Assembly (NCBI RefSeq): GCF_006345805.1
Contig: NC_042997.1
Span: 179,180,001 to 179,244,000, forward strand
Origin: Octopus sinensis
Lineage: Eukaryota
DNA length: 64,000 nucleotides
Reading direction: 5' to 3'
A program made the translations under genes and the position numbers. Of this stretch, positions 1 through 10,817 are shown piece after piece (position 1 is the first letter of the stretch; every line of letters starts with the position of its first letter). The notes beneath the pieces are model-generated. The model saw only the letters and a program-made list of their open reading frames with translations. It made no database searches and was not told the origin of the DNA.

Positions 1-428
1 GTAACATTACGATGCAAAAGTGGTTCGCATTTATGTCGTGACAGCAAATAACAGCAAGTTTCAAAACGTTTAGTTTGAGTGGTACCCACTTATCCAGCTT
101 TTTCACTTTTCCGATTTGTTTCAAGTGGTCCAATATAGTTGGATTCGAAACAACAAACATTGCTGCTATCTCACGCGTAGTTTGAGATGTATCCGCTTCC
201 ACTACAGTCTCCAGTTCATCATTATCCACCCTCGTCTCAGGGTTACCACGGGGCTGACTTTCAAGAGTAAAGTCACCAGACTGGAACTTCTCAAACCATC
301 GACGTAGGGCGCTCATTCGACACATCTTCACCAAACACCTCATTGATATTTCGAGCTGTCTGTGATGAATTGTTTCCACGACGGGACTAATATTCGTAAA
401 CAACACGAATTTATTTTTATCAATCCAT
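1..428 (-). mobile_element. Mariner (Hsmar1/cecropia-like) transposase pseudogene, 5' part; continues past the window start
   Basis: Manual minus-strand translation gives ...SQTARNINEVFGEDVSNE...RWFEKFQSGDFTLESQPRGNPETRVDNDELETVVEADTSQTTREIAAMFVVSNPTILDHLKQIGKVKKLDKWVP, then after a frameshift FETCCYLLSRHKCEPLLHRNVT. This matches the mariner HTH region and WVPHEL linker. Contains a stop and frameshifts. Confidence 0.9.
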
Positions 429-1099
429 GGGTTCACACGAAGTGATTTACAAAAGATAACTCACAATATAATCAGACATATTCTCCATGCAAAAACTGTC
501 GTTTGAGGCTACGTGAAAATTTTTCAGCGCTTTTTTTTTAAACGGTAAAGTTTGTATATTCTGTCTTTGTAAATGATAGTCATACGGAATTGAAGTGGTC
601 AATCATTTCTTTTGCTGATGAATAATTAAAGAACACGATAACATAAGCTACTGACTGTGTTTAGTTGCTGTACGCCTCTTGTTTTATCATTATATTCTGG
701 TGGGTCTCTTGTGAATAGGTACTAATTACGTGTAGCTAACATTTGACGTTCTGTTTTAACTGATTGTCCAAACTTGTATTTCACATTGGATTATTTTGTC
801 CATTCTTTCAAACGGCCGCGTATTGGAAGAATCACCATATTTTTACTTGATCTTTATCTATTTTGAATTTCGCCTTAATTTTATCATCTATTGGCTTTCC
901 TTAATTTCGGTTCTTTTCTTTTTCTATTTCCTTAGTCTCATTCCGATTTTTTCTGTATTTCACTTCTTCATTACACAGGTTTCACCTATATCTAAACAAC
1001 AGTGACACTACGAGATTTAGATAAAATTTTTGTCAGAGTCACATACAGTTAATAAGCAATCAGGTTGATACACATATCCTTTTATTAATATATTTATTC

Positions 1100-1176
1100 T
1101 TGTAAGCCTGGTGCTTAATCTATCGATCTCTTTTGCCGAACCAGGAAGCTACGGGGACGTAAACACACCAACATCG
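1100..1176 (-). mobile_element. SINE family A fragment
   Basis: gtaagcc...ctatcgatctcttttgccgaacc...acggggacgtaaacacaccaacatcg matches the internal segment of the full SINE-A copies at 21873 and 19075. Confidence 0.75.
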
Positions 1177-1269
1177 CTTAATGGATTATTTGATCACTTC
1201 AGAATAAGATTTATTCAACACGTTTGCTGCAAAACATTTTATTTTATTAATTAAACACAACAGAATAGT

Positions 1270-1440
1270 GGTGGATGTAATTGTTAACACATCTGAAAAA
1301 AATGTCTAGGCTTTTACGTCAGTATTTCAATGTAATCGGAGCAGACTTTGCCTTTCTTCAGTCACAGATCGATAAAACAGAGTACCAGTCATGAACTGTC
1401 TTCGATTCGATCGACTATCTCTCCTTCATTCAAATTTATG
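1270..1440 (+). mobile_element. Highly degenerate SINE family B copy
   Basis: Remnants gactttgcctttc...gtcgataaaa..agtaccagt...tcgat..gatcgact occur in the same order as in SINE-B. Confidence 0.5.
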
Positions 1441-1534
1441 ACATTAAAAGTACTTTAGAAAAAATAATCATTAATTTCAAGTGATATATTTGCTTCTTTT
1501 AGGTTAATTGATGAAATGTAATTGTTTATATAAA

Positions 1535-1855
1535 GGCGCATAGCTCAGTGATTAGAGCGTCGGACCTCACTATCATGAGGTAGTAAGTTCAATTTTCGGA
1601 CCGGGCTGTGTGCTGTGCTCTTGAGCAAGATAAATTATTTCATATTGCTACAGTTCACTCAGCTGTAGAAATGAGTTGCGACGTCACGGGTGCCAAGCTG
1701 TATCAGCCTTTGCATTTCCCTTGAACAACATCTGTGGCGTGGAGAAGAGCGGCTGGTACGCACTGGCGACGGTGACTGCTAGTCTTCCATAAATAACTTT
1801 GCCCAGACTCGTGCCTCGGTGGGAAACTTTATAGGTGCAATCCCATGATCATTCT
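1535..1855 (+). mobile_element. tRNA-derived SINE, family C, with CORE-like central domain
   Basis: tRNA-like head ggcgcaTAGCTCAGTGATTAGAGC (A box) ... AGTTCAATT (B box), followed by a CORE-like segment gtgctcttgagcaag...cagttcactcagctgtagaaatgagt. Confidence 0.75.
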
Positions 1856-2674
1856 TTCTATCTATTTATACATGAATGCTTGAATGAGAGAAACATAACT
1901 GTATTTAACTGCACGTAGGTGTAACCGCTGATCACACACACATACACATATATATATACACTTCTCACTCATTTTTTGCTTTTTCTATCCTGTACCTTAT
2001 TCCTCTATCTTCCCATTATATGTTAACTAATATCGTAACTTCATCTTTATTTGTTGTTATTTGAGATATTATAGTCATGCAACTTCCTGTAAAGCTCCCT
2101 ACACTCACAACCATTTAGCTTGTTAGCTTATCTTTAACCTTAAGTTTATCTTTGTTTTGTACCATTAAACTCCAAATCTACGTTTTTGGTATTCTCCTTA
2201 GTTTACCTTTCTCATTTGGAGTTTAGCACCTTCTCACTTGCTTCTTCATATCTCTTGCTTTCTAAGTGTATCACTCACTCTCAGATAAAAGGCCAGAATG
2301 AAGAAATTCAGAAAAAAGTACTCATTATAGTCTCCACTTCTTACGTTAAATACTCTTACCAATATTCCGAACTGAAGTTTGCGAACGTAAACTAACAGCA
2401 TTCCTAATATTTACACTACTTAAATATATTAATACACATTAATTTTGAAGTGTCATCAAGGTATAAATGCTTGGTTATCAATCAATAATATTGCCAAAAT
2501 CTTCCAATGTTTCAAGTAGCTTAACGTATAAAAATGTTTTCAGTTCCAATGAAAGCAGATTTATCATTGTTCAGAGAATTTAAATTTATTGCCATATTAA
2601 AGCAATGTATTGCAAGTGCAATAATCTTTTAAGAATTGATGGCCTCTCATAATTACCGGTCATCTGCCAAAATT

Positions 2675-2713
2675 GTTATTAATATTATTATTATTATTAT
2701 TATTATTATCATT
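2675..2713. repeat. (ATT)n microsatellite at the 3' end / target site of the Dong-like element
   Basis: ttattaat(att)8atcatt, read directly. Confidence 0.9.
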
Positions 2714-3027
2714 GCCTTTGCACAGTTTCTAACGCTGGAGATGTACTATAGTGTCAGCTGTTCGCTACCAGTGAACTAAGGTAACACTTCTTATTTTTCG
2801 AGCACCTTCCGGAGTATTCGAGCGGTTCGAAGCAGTGCTGTTTTCTGTACGTGCTCCACTCTCATTGCAGCCCCTATTTGTTCTATGTACTTCTCGAGAT
2901 TTGGGCTCACTGTCCCCAGGGCTCCGATAATTATTGGTACTGCTGCTACCTTTTTCATCGACCAAAACTGCTTAAGTTCCCAAGCTAACCTGTCATATCT
3001 CTCAACTTTTCTTTCTTCCTTATCGCA
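2714..3027 (-). mobile_element. R4/Dong-like non-LTR retrotransposon, 5'-truncated 3' end
   Basis: Uninterrupted 78-codon frame 3027-2791: CDKEERKVERYDRLAWELKQFWSMKKVAAVPIIIGALGTVSPNLEKYIEQIGAAMRVEHVQKTALLRTARILRKVLEK*. This is a restriction-like endonuclease C-terminus (K..RY..L, PIIIGALG, QKTALL.TARILR). A short 3'UTR runs into (TAA)n, the known Dong target. Confidence 0.9.
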
Positions 3028-3821
3028 GGGAACCTCGAAGGGATCAACTAGCTGGGCTTTTCCGGATGACTTTCGGGCCAGGGCCTATGAATAATTTCCA
3101 GAGATCCCTGGCCTGGCAGTGCTACCGGGGAATTCTGTCGCTTCGAGACAAGCTCTACAGACACGGATGTGTTGTCAGAGGTGTGAGCAGGGCTTTGAAA
3201 CCATCCTACACGCACTCGACCAGTGTTCGTGCATTACTGACTTGTGAAACTTTGTCAAACAAATGTTATCATATTTAGGACGGATCCTGTTTTCATCCGA
3301 GTACATTGTGAGGATCTCCCCATTGCCATCTTTTGTATGGAAATGCAATTTTCCTTTGTAAAGTGGTAATGTAGTGGACGATACTGAAATGACAGACACA
3401 TACGTCTTCGGCTGAGCCATCATCGTTTTTTTTTTTTAAGTTTCACTTGAACAGGAAAGTGAGGATGGAGAGGGAAGTATTGCACTCCGCCATCAGTAAT
3501 TTTGTTGAAAGGTGGGTGAATACTGCGAAAATGGCTCATGTGAATGGGTCAACTCTGAATATACGTCTGTAAGCCGGAGCAGTTGAGGGATAGAGGGAGG
3601 GATATGTGGGGAGCCCTTGGCAGTCGGAGTGACCAGGATGTATGGGGTGCCCTGATTGGCACCGGGTGGTACTACTCCCTATTGGGGAATTTTGTTAGAT
3701 TTTTTTTGTTCACTGTTTTTGTTTTTTTAGTTAGACGTTTTCCGTTTTAAACCCCACTTGTCCCTTGTTTTCTATTGTATCTATATGTTTCTGTGTTCGG
3801 TCATTGTGGCCAATAAAGAAA
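3028..3821 (+). mobile_element. Tx1-like (L1 clade) non-LTR retrotransposon, 5'-truncated 3' end
   Basis: FGPGPMNNFQRSLAWQCYRGILSLRDKLYRHG, then a CX2CX8HX4C knuckle CQRCEQGFETILHALDQC (3173-3226), and C-terminus FFKFHLNRKVRMEREVL...FVERWVNTAKMAHVNGSTLNIRL* (stop 3570-3572). T-rich 3'UTR with AATAAA at 3812-3817. Frameshifted. Confidence 0.8.
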
Positions 3822-3823
3822 GG

Positions 3824-3900
3824 ATTATTATTATTATTAATATTATTATTATTATTATTATTACTATTATCATTATTATTATTATTATCATTATTATTAT
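3824..3900. repeat. (ATT)n microsatellite
   Basis: Read directly. Confidence 0.95.
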
Positions 3901-3960
3901 GTATGGTGTGAGACTTTCTGATATATATATATGTATATATTATTATAATTATGTATTAAA

Positions 3961-4183
3961 GGCGACGAGCTGGCAGAATCTTTAGCATGCTGGTCGAAAT
4001 GCTTAGCGATATTTCGCCCGTCGCTACGTTCTGAGTTCAAATTCTGCCGAGGTCAACTTTGGATTTCATCCTTTCGGGGTCGATAAATGAAGTACCAGTG
4101 AAACACTGGGGCCGGTGTATATTTAACGTGCCCCTTCTCACGAAATTTCAGGCCTTGTGCCTTCAGTAGAAACGATTATTATT
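3961..4183 (+). mobile_element. SINE family B' (tRNA-like head; tail ending ccttgtgcc...agaaacgattatt)
   Basis: ggcgacgagcTGGCAGAATC..TAGC (A-box-like), GAGTTCAAATTC (B box), central tttcatcctttcggggtcgataaa..agtaccag. Confidence 0.85.
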
Positions 4184-4417
4184 CTTGTGTATCGTCTGAA
4201 ACTTTCTGATATATGATGTAGATGACTGTTCACCAACGTGCTTTCCTGACTAGATAGAATTAGTAACAACAGCCAAATAAAAGATTTTACTAATAAATTA
4301 ATGCAAAGCATATTAAAAACAAAACAATAAACACTTAATGAACTTTTGTGTGATTGAATGGATACCGTTCTGCCATAGGATCACGTCCAATGTTCCTTCT
4401 TCGACTGTATATCAATA

Positions 4418-4847
4418 CAGTGATCCCTCGCTACTTCGCGGTTTAACTATCGCGGATTCACAACTTCGCGGATTTATAAAAAATATATTCATGAACGCTT
4501 AAAATTTTTAATTAAATCCATTAAAATATTAATGATAAATATTATTTCATAGTCTAGGAACAAGAAAACAAGCGTAAAATAGCAAAAATGTATATACAGG
4601 GGTATTTGAAATTAAGATGGGCTGTGATTGGTGCAATGGAGATAGACGACGAATCACAGATTTCTATTTTGTAATTTGGCCTGTGTAACAGTAATAATCT
4701 TTATTTTTTAAAAATCTAAAGTATTCTTGCTTAACAGTTGTCTTTGTTACTAATAGACTACTGTAACGGGTGGGTTGGTAACAGTATATGGAGGGTTTTA
4801 AAAGTCCGAATACACTTTAAATAAATACTGTAAATATGGTGTCCCTA
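4418..4847 (+). mobile_element. Tigger/pogo-like non-autonomous DNA transposon, left end
   Basis: TA|CAGTGATCCCTCGCTACTTCGCGG terminus with repeated ttcgcgg/atcgcgg subterminal motifs. The right end is truncated at gtgtccctaTATA. Confidence 0.55.
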
Positions 4848-5954
4848 TATATATTTATAGTATTGTTGTGAACGGATTTTTGGTTGTTGATCACGTTATT
4901 AATTAGTTTGCATTGAAGGTATATTTAACAATTAATCAGTAGTTTTGGCCAGGATTCAGGTGGCATCTCACCCGAAAGACATAATGCCTTAAATCTTCAG
5001 ACATATGAATTGTGCTTTATGTTATCTTGGTCACAACCCTGCGATTCTGAGTTCAAGCGTATGCAACAAAGGCATTACTTCTAAGTTCAGTAAATAAAGT
5101 ACATTGTAGCGCAGAAATCAATATAATTAATTTTCATGAATTTTTCAAAATGCACCCTCCACCACTAAAAAAATAATCAATGAATTGTTGTATGGAAAAA
5201 AATCAAATTATGTTTAATATCTGTAGACAAAATATGTTGTCTTTGTCTCCGAAATTCATTGAAGTGATTTGTACAGATTATATTGGAAACATGATGATGC
5301 TTGTGTGATTAATATTCGATTAATTCAGGAAAATATGAAGAATGAAAGTATAAGACTTAACGGATATTAAAAAAATTACTTTTTATTTATTTTGTTAATT
5401 TCATATTAGTATTAGTTCATTTGTGGCGTGAAATGGCCTGAACTTAAATGTTAAAAAATACGTTGTTTTATAAAAAAAACATAGTGTAATAAAGATGAAA
5501 TATGGTAGTTTTAATTGAGTGAACAGAAAAGAGAGAGAGAGCGAGAGAAAGAGAGAGGGAGAGAGAAAGTGGTGGGGAATGTGTAAATAAAGACAGAACT
5601 GCAGTTAATAATGACAGGAAAAGCTCGACGAAGCAGATTCAGAAAGAAAAAAAAGAGAATACAAACAGAATATAGAGTGTAGGAGACATAGAGAAATATT
5701 TATGTCACTGAATATATGTGAAAAGGCAAGTTCTGTGGTGTCTGGCTGATTTCTTGTAAATTAAGTGACTAGTTATACTTGACTTGAACAATGAAAAAGA
5801 GAAATTTAGAAATAAAGTAACAAAATTAGTACGGCAGATATATAATGCAGGATAGAGATAAGAATAAAAAAAAGTTCATGATGTAAATTGTTAAAGAACA
5901 ATATCATAATTCAATAAAATAAAACGCTATGTCAGTCTATATCTTTCTGTTCCT

Positions 5955-6031
5955 GACCTTGGGCAAGTGTCTGCTATAACAATGTCAGGTCAACCGAAGC
6001 CTTGTGAGTAGAATTGGCTAGACGAAAGCTG
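5955..6031 (+). mobile_element. SINE family A fragment (CORE-like part)
   Basis: accttgggcaagtgtctgctata...caaccgaagccttgtgagtagaattggctagacgaaagctg aligns to SINE-A at about 10500-10575. Confidence 0.7.
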
Positions 6032-7168
6032 TAGTTATGCTTCTTTGCTAGACCTTATAAATAGCTCGATGTAACGCCACCACCTCAGCCTTCGATATTT
6101 TATAATGCAGTCCATACTACTAAATATTCAGACGAGATTTATAGTCTAAGAATAATTCGATATTTTGATGTACTGCTTCTTACTGAAGCACGACATGTAA
6201 TGCTGTTGCGACTTGCCCTTCTCCTTCACAAGAGTCTTACTAAGCTATAAAAAGGGATAAAAAATAAAATTCTTTCATCATGTTTTATCGTAACAGTAAT
6301 TCATTTTTTTATATATATTTTATAATATAAACTTCAACAAATTATTATAATCGTTAAACATAAGCGTGTTAAATAGAAATTCTTGCATTCGCTTTTTTCC
6401 ACAAAATTTCTTTTTTTTTCATTCTAAGACTTTAAAGAAATCACAGGATTAAATATTCCGGAAACCCAAAAAGTAAAATAAAAAAAATGTATTATCGAGA
6501 AAATGTAGAGCTTTTCTAAGTCACTGAAAAAAAATTATCTAATGAATATGATTAAAATAGTTGTCACTTTTGACAACACGGCCAGATTGATAAACGAAAG
6601 GTTGAGATGTATTTTCTTTTGATGTAGAAAAGTTGTGAACGAAGGGAAAAAAGAGGAAAAGAAGAAAAGACAGAAAGAGAAAAAGATAAAGGGAAAGAAA
6701 CCCATTTTCTGACAGTTGCCTATTACGCATTTCGAAGGAAAGTATATTGGTTATTAAAACAATCAAGACAGAATAAAGAATGTTTGACATATTTAATTTA
6801 GATGTCATCGTCAACTACCGAGAGGCCTACTGATACTCAGAATCAGTAATTTATTTTTAATCTACACCGTTATCGTAGATATATTTCATGTGCTGCGTGA
6901 TATCATTTAAAGAAACCATATTGGAATACAACATTTTATATATATTTCCCTACTAAATAGTATTTTCCTATTCTTCCACTAAAAGAAATTTGCAACTACG
7001 AGAAGATTCATGTAACAATAACTTTTTAAGACGTGGACACTTTTCATTATTCTCTTAAAGAAAAAGTTTATATAGTAGCTAGATTTGAAGCAGACGGGTT
7101 GACTGCGTAAAACATATATGATGGATTTGATGCTAACTTTGATACCATATGTAGCAAATCTTTTAAAG

Positions 7169-7394
7169 TTGACTAAACAAATGTGTGTGTACCTTTATAC
7201 GCATTATGGTAAAAAGAAAACAAAGATTACACAGATATTTCCTAATTTTAATGAGATTAAGAATCACTTGTGAAATATTTGCTTTTTCATAGCATGGACG
7301 CCGCTCGGGCACGAAAGACTGACAGTTATATAAACCTCCTCCAGGAATGTGAAAGATCGGTCGAGCCGTTTTGGCGCAAAACGAGGACATATAG

Positions 7395-7427
<33 letters not shown>

Positions 7428-7447
7428 GACATTCTCAGTTTCAAAAT
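7169..7447 (-). mobile_element. Non-autonomous Helitron-like element fragment (5' region)
   Basis: Minus strand reads AAACTGAGAATGTCTG(TG)n...CCAAAACGGCTCGACCGATCTTT, the microsatellite plus ACGGCT..ACCGAT layout typical of invertebrate non-autonomous Helitron 5' ends. Termini not intact. Confidence 0.4.
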
Positions 7448-7469
7448 GTGACCGCGTGTGTACCGTTGG

Positions 7470-7643
7470 CGATATTTTTTCCTCCGTCTTACCTTCAGTG
7501 GATCTTTCTTTTTCCTATGTTTCTGACGAAGAGCTCTGCTCAAAACGTTAAACCCCCCTTCTTCCCTTCCTTCCTGAGCGTCCAATAATACTATATTTGT
7601 TCCACGTCCTCGCGTTGTTGTGATTTCATGTTTGGATTAACTG
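7470..7643 (+). mobile_element. Short Penelope-like terminal repeat with hammerhead motif
   Basis: Contains a hammerhead-like core at 7519-7553 and shares ttcctgagcgt...taatac..tatttgtt with 35760-35935. Ends in a (TA)n tract. Confidence 0.55.
7519..7553 (+). ncRNA. Minimal type-I hammerhead ribozyme motif (decayed, GAAA>AAAA)
   Basis: GTTT-CTGACGA-A-GAGC-tct-GCTC-AAAA-CG-TT-AAAC. Stem I (GTTT/AAAC) and stem II (GAGC/GCTC) are in the correct register. Confidence 0.6.
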
Positions 7644-7754
7644 TATATATATATATATATATATATATTGGCTAGACGAAAGCTGTAGTTATGCTTCTTT
7701 GCTAGACCTAATAAATAGCTCGATGTAACGCCACCACCTCAGCGTTACACCACC

Positions 7755-7911
7755 TCGACCCCAGTGTTTCACTGGTACATAATTTATCGACACCAAATGG
7801 ATGGAAGGCAAAGTCGACCACGGCGGAATTTGAACTCAGAACGTAGCTACAGATGAAATGCCGCTAATCATTTCTCCCGGCGTCATAATGATTCTCTTAC
7901 CTCACCGTCTT
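7755..7911 (-). mobile_element. SINE family B, 3'-truncated
   Basis: tcgaccccagtg..actggtac...ggcaaagtcgacc.cggcggaatttgaactcagaacgtag matches the other SINE-B copies. Confidence 0.85.
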
Positions 7912-8339
7912 AACAACACTAATAATGGAAGGATGTAAGGTTCATATGTGCGAAACGAAACCATAGTCGAAGCCTGTAGATAATGGTTGACGAGTCGGAT
8001 GCAGCATCGATCGCCTCCCATTTGGCTGACAATGTTCGCCATTCGTAGATTCCGGAAATATTAGCTATAAATAAGATAGAACTGATAAGATACAGACGGA
8101 TGTAAAACTTCAAGAAGAAATGTCAAACAATTATGCTGATACAAACAATAAAGTGCTTTTCAAAATTTAATCATATCTGCTGTAGAAACGGAATACTTCA
8201 TTTTCAGCTTAAATCCATTTTCGTTTGTTGTGTGATGTTAACACCTTTGACCAGCAGGTTAAAGAAGATTAGACTCACATATAAATGCTATGAGATTACA
8301 ATTAGCCATATCTTTATATACTGACAGTATCAAACTGTA

Positions 8340-9655
8340 ATGGAAAAAAATGATAAACCACTTGAAACATGGTTGCAGATTTTGTGAAAATTTCCAGAAA
8401 GAATTTATACGAGATTTGGATTAGAAAATCGCAGGAATGTAATACCGAAATTCGAATAATTCATTAAGAACTTTAATGAAATGCTAAATAAAGAATCAGC
8501 TGGGAGTAATATTCATCATGCGTATTTAGAAATAATTAAGAATCAATGAATTGAAGATGTTTTATCAGACAAAAGGAAAATGAAGAAGAAATACTTTAGA
8601 CGCGTTTAATAAATTCTTAAATCCTATCTGAAGGCAAAAATAAATTGCAATACATTAGTTGTTCCAGTAACTGCCCCATTAATAAGTTATAGTAATAATA
8701 GACTTAACTGGACTCTAAATTATCTACAAAGACGGCAGAAAAATGCGAAATGTATTGACTGCTTTTAGAATGACCTTGGAAAATCTGACATAGAAATATT
8801 TTAACTTCTAACAGAAAAAGCTGTGTTACATACTACTTTAATATGTTATCCCTTCTGTGGGTCTACAAATAAGGGAAACTAACACAAATACCTACAAAAA
8901 CGAACAGAACAAAGGGAACTATTTTCGGTTAATATATGAAAAAAATATCACTGAAAAACGCAAGACAACAGAAAAAAACACAGAAAATCCCAAAAACTAA
9001 ACTCAAATCTTTCTACACAATTTTCTACTATATTGATGAAAGAGAAACTGCGTAGTGTCCAGCATCAGAAGAAAAAGGTATCCATTTACTGTAGGGAAGA
9101 AAACGATGCTGATGTTAAAGATTTGCTTTTTGCGATAATGTATCAAAATCTTCTCCTTAGAAATCACCTAATATATATGATGAAGCCGGATATATGAAAT
9201 AACTGCAGGAATATGGAAAATGCATATGTTAGGATGATAAAATTAATTCTGGTTGTCTACTCTTAGAGAAGAAAATAACATAATTGAAGGCAAGGTAGTA
9301 AAGAGCTGGGTATTCATGCATTCGAAGCGATTTCTGCATTGTGGAATACCAATGTAAATGATATGTCAAATGTATATAACAGAAAAAAATACCAGTGGAT
9401 GTGAGAGAGGGATATTCTGAGCGAATCAAGATCATCGCTCACTGTCGGTTATAAGTATCAATCCCAAGTCACAATAATATATTTCTCTGCGACATAGAGA
9501 ATTCAATCCAATATAAACATCCGGAAATAGAGATAATCAGAATGTGGACCCAGAAAGCAGTCGCTATTGTAATAGGTGCGCTGGGATTGAGCGAAGCATG
9601 CATCCGTTGATATAACAAATATCCAGGACTTACAAATATATAAACATGCAAGGAA
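8340..9655 (+). mobile_element. Degenerate R4/Dong-like non-LTR retrotransposon
   Basis: Fragmentary motifs NTLVVPV..ISYS..NWTLNYLQR...VLTAFRM (about 8650-8772) and SIPSHNNI...YKHPEIEIIRMWTQKAVAIVIGALG (about 9456-9590). Many stops and frameshifts. Confidence 0.7.
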
Positions 9656-9907
9656 GAAAACCAATAGAGACTGATCTATATAGGATAAAGTATTTTTAAT
9701 ACAAATACAAAACCAAAAGAATATAATTATTAATATTCACACAAGTAGAGATGTGTTGGACAGTGCGGAAAATGCAAGCAATAAAAAATAAAGCTACAGA
9801 AAATCAATTATAAGTAGAAACTACACTACCAGTGGAATGTGTTTGACATCATCACAAACTGCATATAAAGTCTTAAGAAAAATGCAGTTTTATATTGTGT
9901 TCAGATT

Positions 9908-10092
9908 TTGGCACAAAGCCAGCAATTTCGGGAAAATGGGTAAATCAATTACATCGACCACAGTGGTATTTATTTTATCCCCAGAGGAAAGCCAAATTCA
10001 ACCTCGGCGGAATTCGATCTCAACGTGAAGACTGTAGAAATGCCAATAAGCATTTTGCGCGGCTTGCTAACGGTACGGCCAACGCGCTGCAT
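9908..10092 (-). mobile_element. SINE family B', old copy
   Basis: ggcacaaagcc..aatttc...attacatcgacc...caacctcggcggaattcga...aagcattttgc..gctaacg; colinear with the 3961 copy in reverse. Confidence 0.75.
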
Positions 10093-10426
10093 TATGATAT
10101 TATATTATATTAGACGGAGTTTTTACAACGACACATTCAATCAATTTCCAACATCACTTATAGGAGTGGAGAACCATTGGTTTGAATATGTAGGCACACA
10201 CATACTAGACGACTGCGACAACATCCATTGACAAAATCATTGTACACAGTGTCTTGTGTCACAAGAATCATTATAAATCATGCAAGGTGATCATGATCAA
10301 CCATACACAGATATCATTTGGATTGGACAAAGGCTATACGAGAGTAAAAATAACAAATATTCAACCATATGGTCAGTACAAGTTTATTGGAGACGATAGA
10401 GTATAAGTTTATAAAGAAGGACTATA

Positions 10427-10817
10427 TGCATAGGAGTGGCTGTGTGGTAAGTAGCTTGCTTACCAACCACATGGTTCCCGGTTCAGTCCCACTGCGTGGC
10501 ACCTTGGGTGAGTGTCTTGGGCAAGTGCCTCGGGCCGACCAAAGCCTTGTGAGTGGATTTTGTAGACGGAAACTGTAAAGAAGCCCGTCGTATATATGTA
10601 TATAAATGTATGTGTGTTTGTCCCCCACCAACACCGCTTGACAACCGATGCTGGTATGTTTACGTCCCCGTAACTTAGCGGTTCGGCAAAAGAGACCGAT
10701 AGAATAAGTACTAGGCTTACAAAGAATAAGTCCTGGGGTAGATTTGCTCGACTAAAGGCGGTGCTCCAGCATGGCCACAGTCAAATGACTGAAACAAATT
10801 AAAGAGTAAAAGAGTAA
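10427..10817 (+). mobile_element. SINE family A, near full length
   Basis: tRNA-like head ggagTGGCTGTGTGG...GGTTCAGTCCC, CORE-like ccttgggcaagtg, internal (TA/TG)n, 3' ggcggtgctccagcatggcc.cagtcaaatgactgaaac and an (AGAGTAAA)n tail. Several near-identical copies occur in the window. Confidence 0.9.

Noticed and set aside
1535-1610. tRNA gene (also the tRNA-like segments at 47940-48030 and the SINE-A/B heads)
   Set aside because: A/B boxes are present, but the acceptor stem and cloverleaf are not intact and each runs directly into a repeat body, so these are SINE heads.
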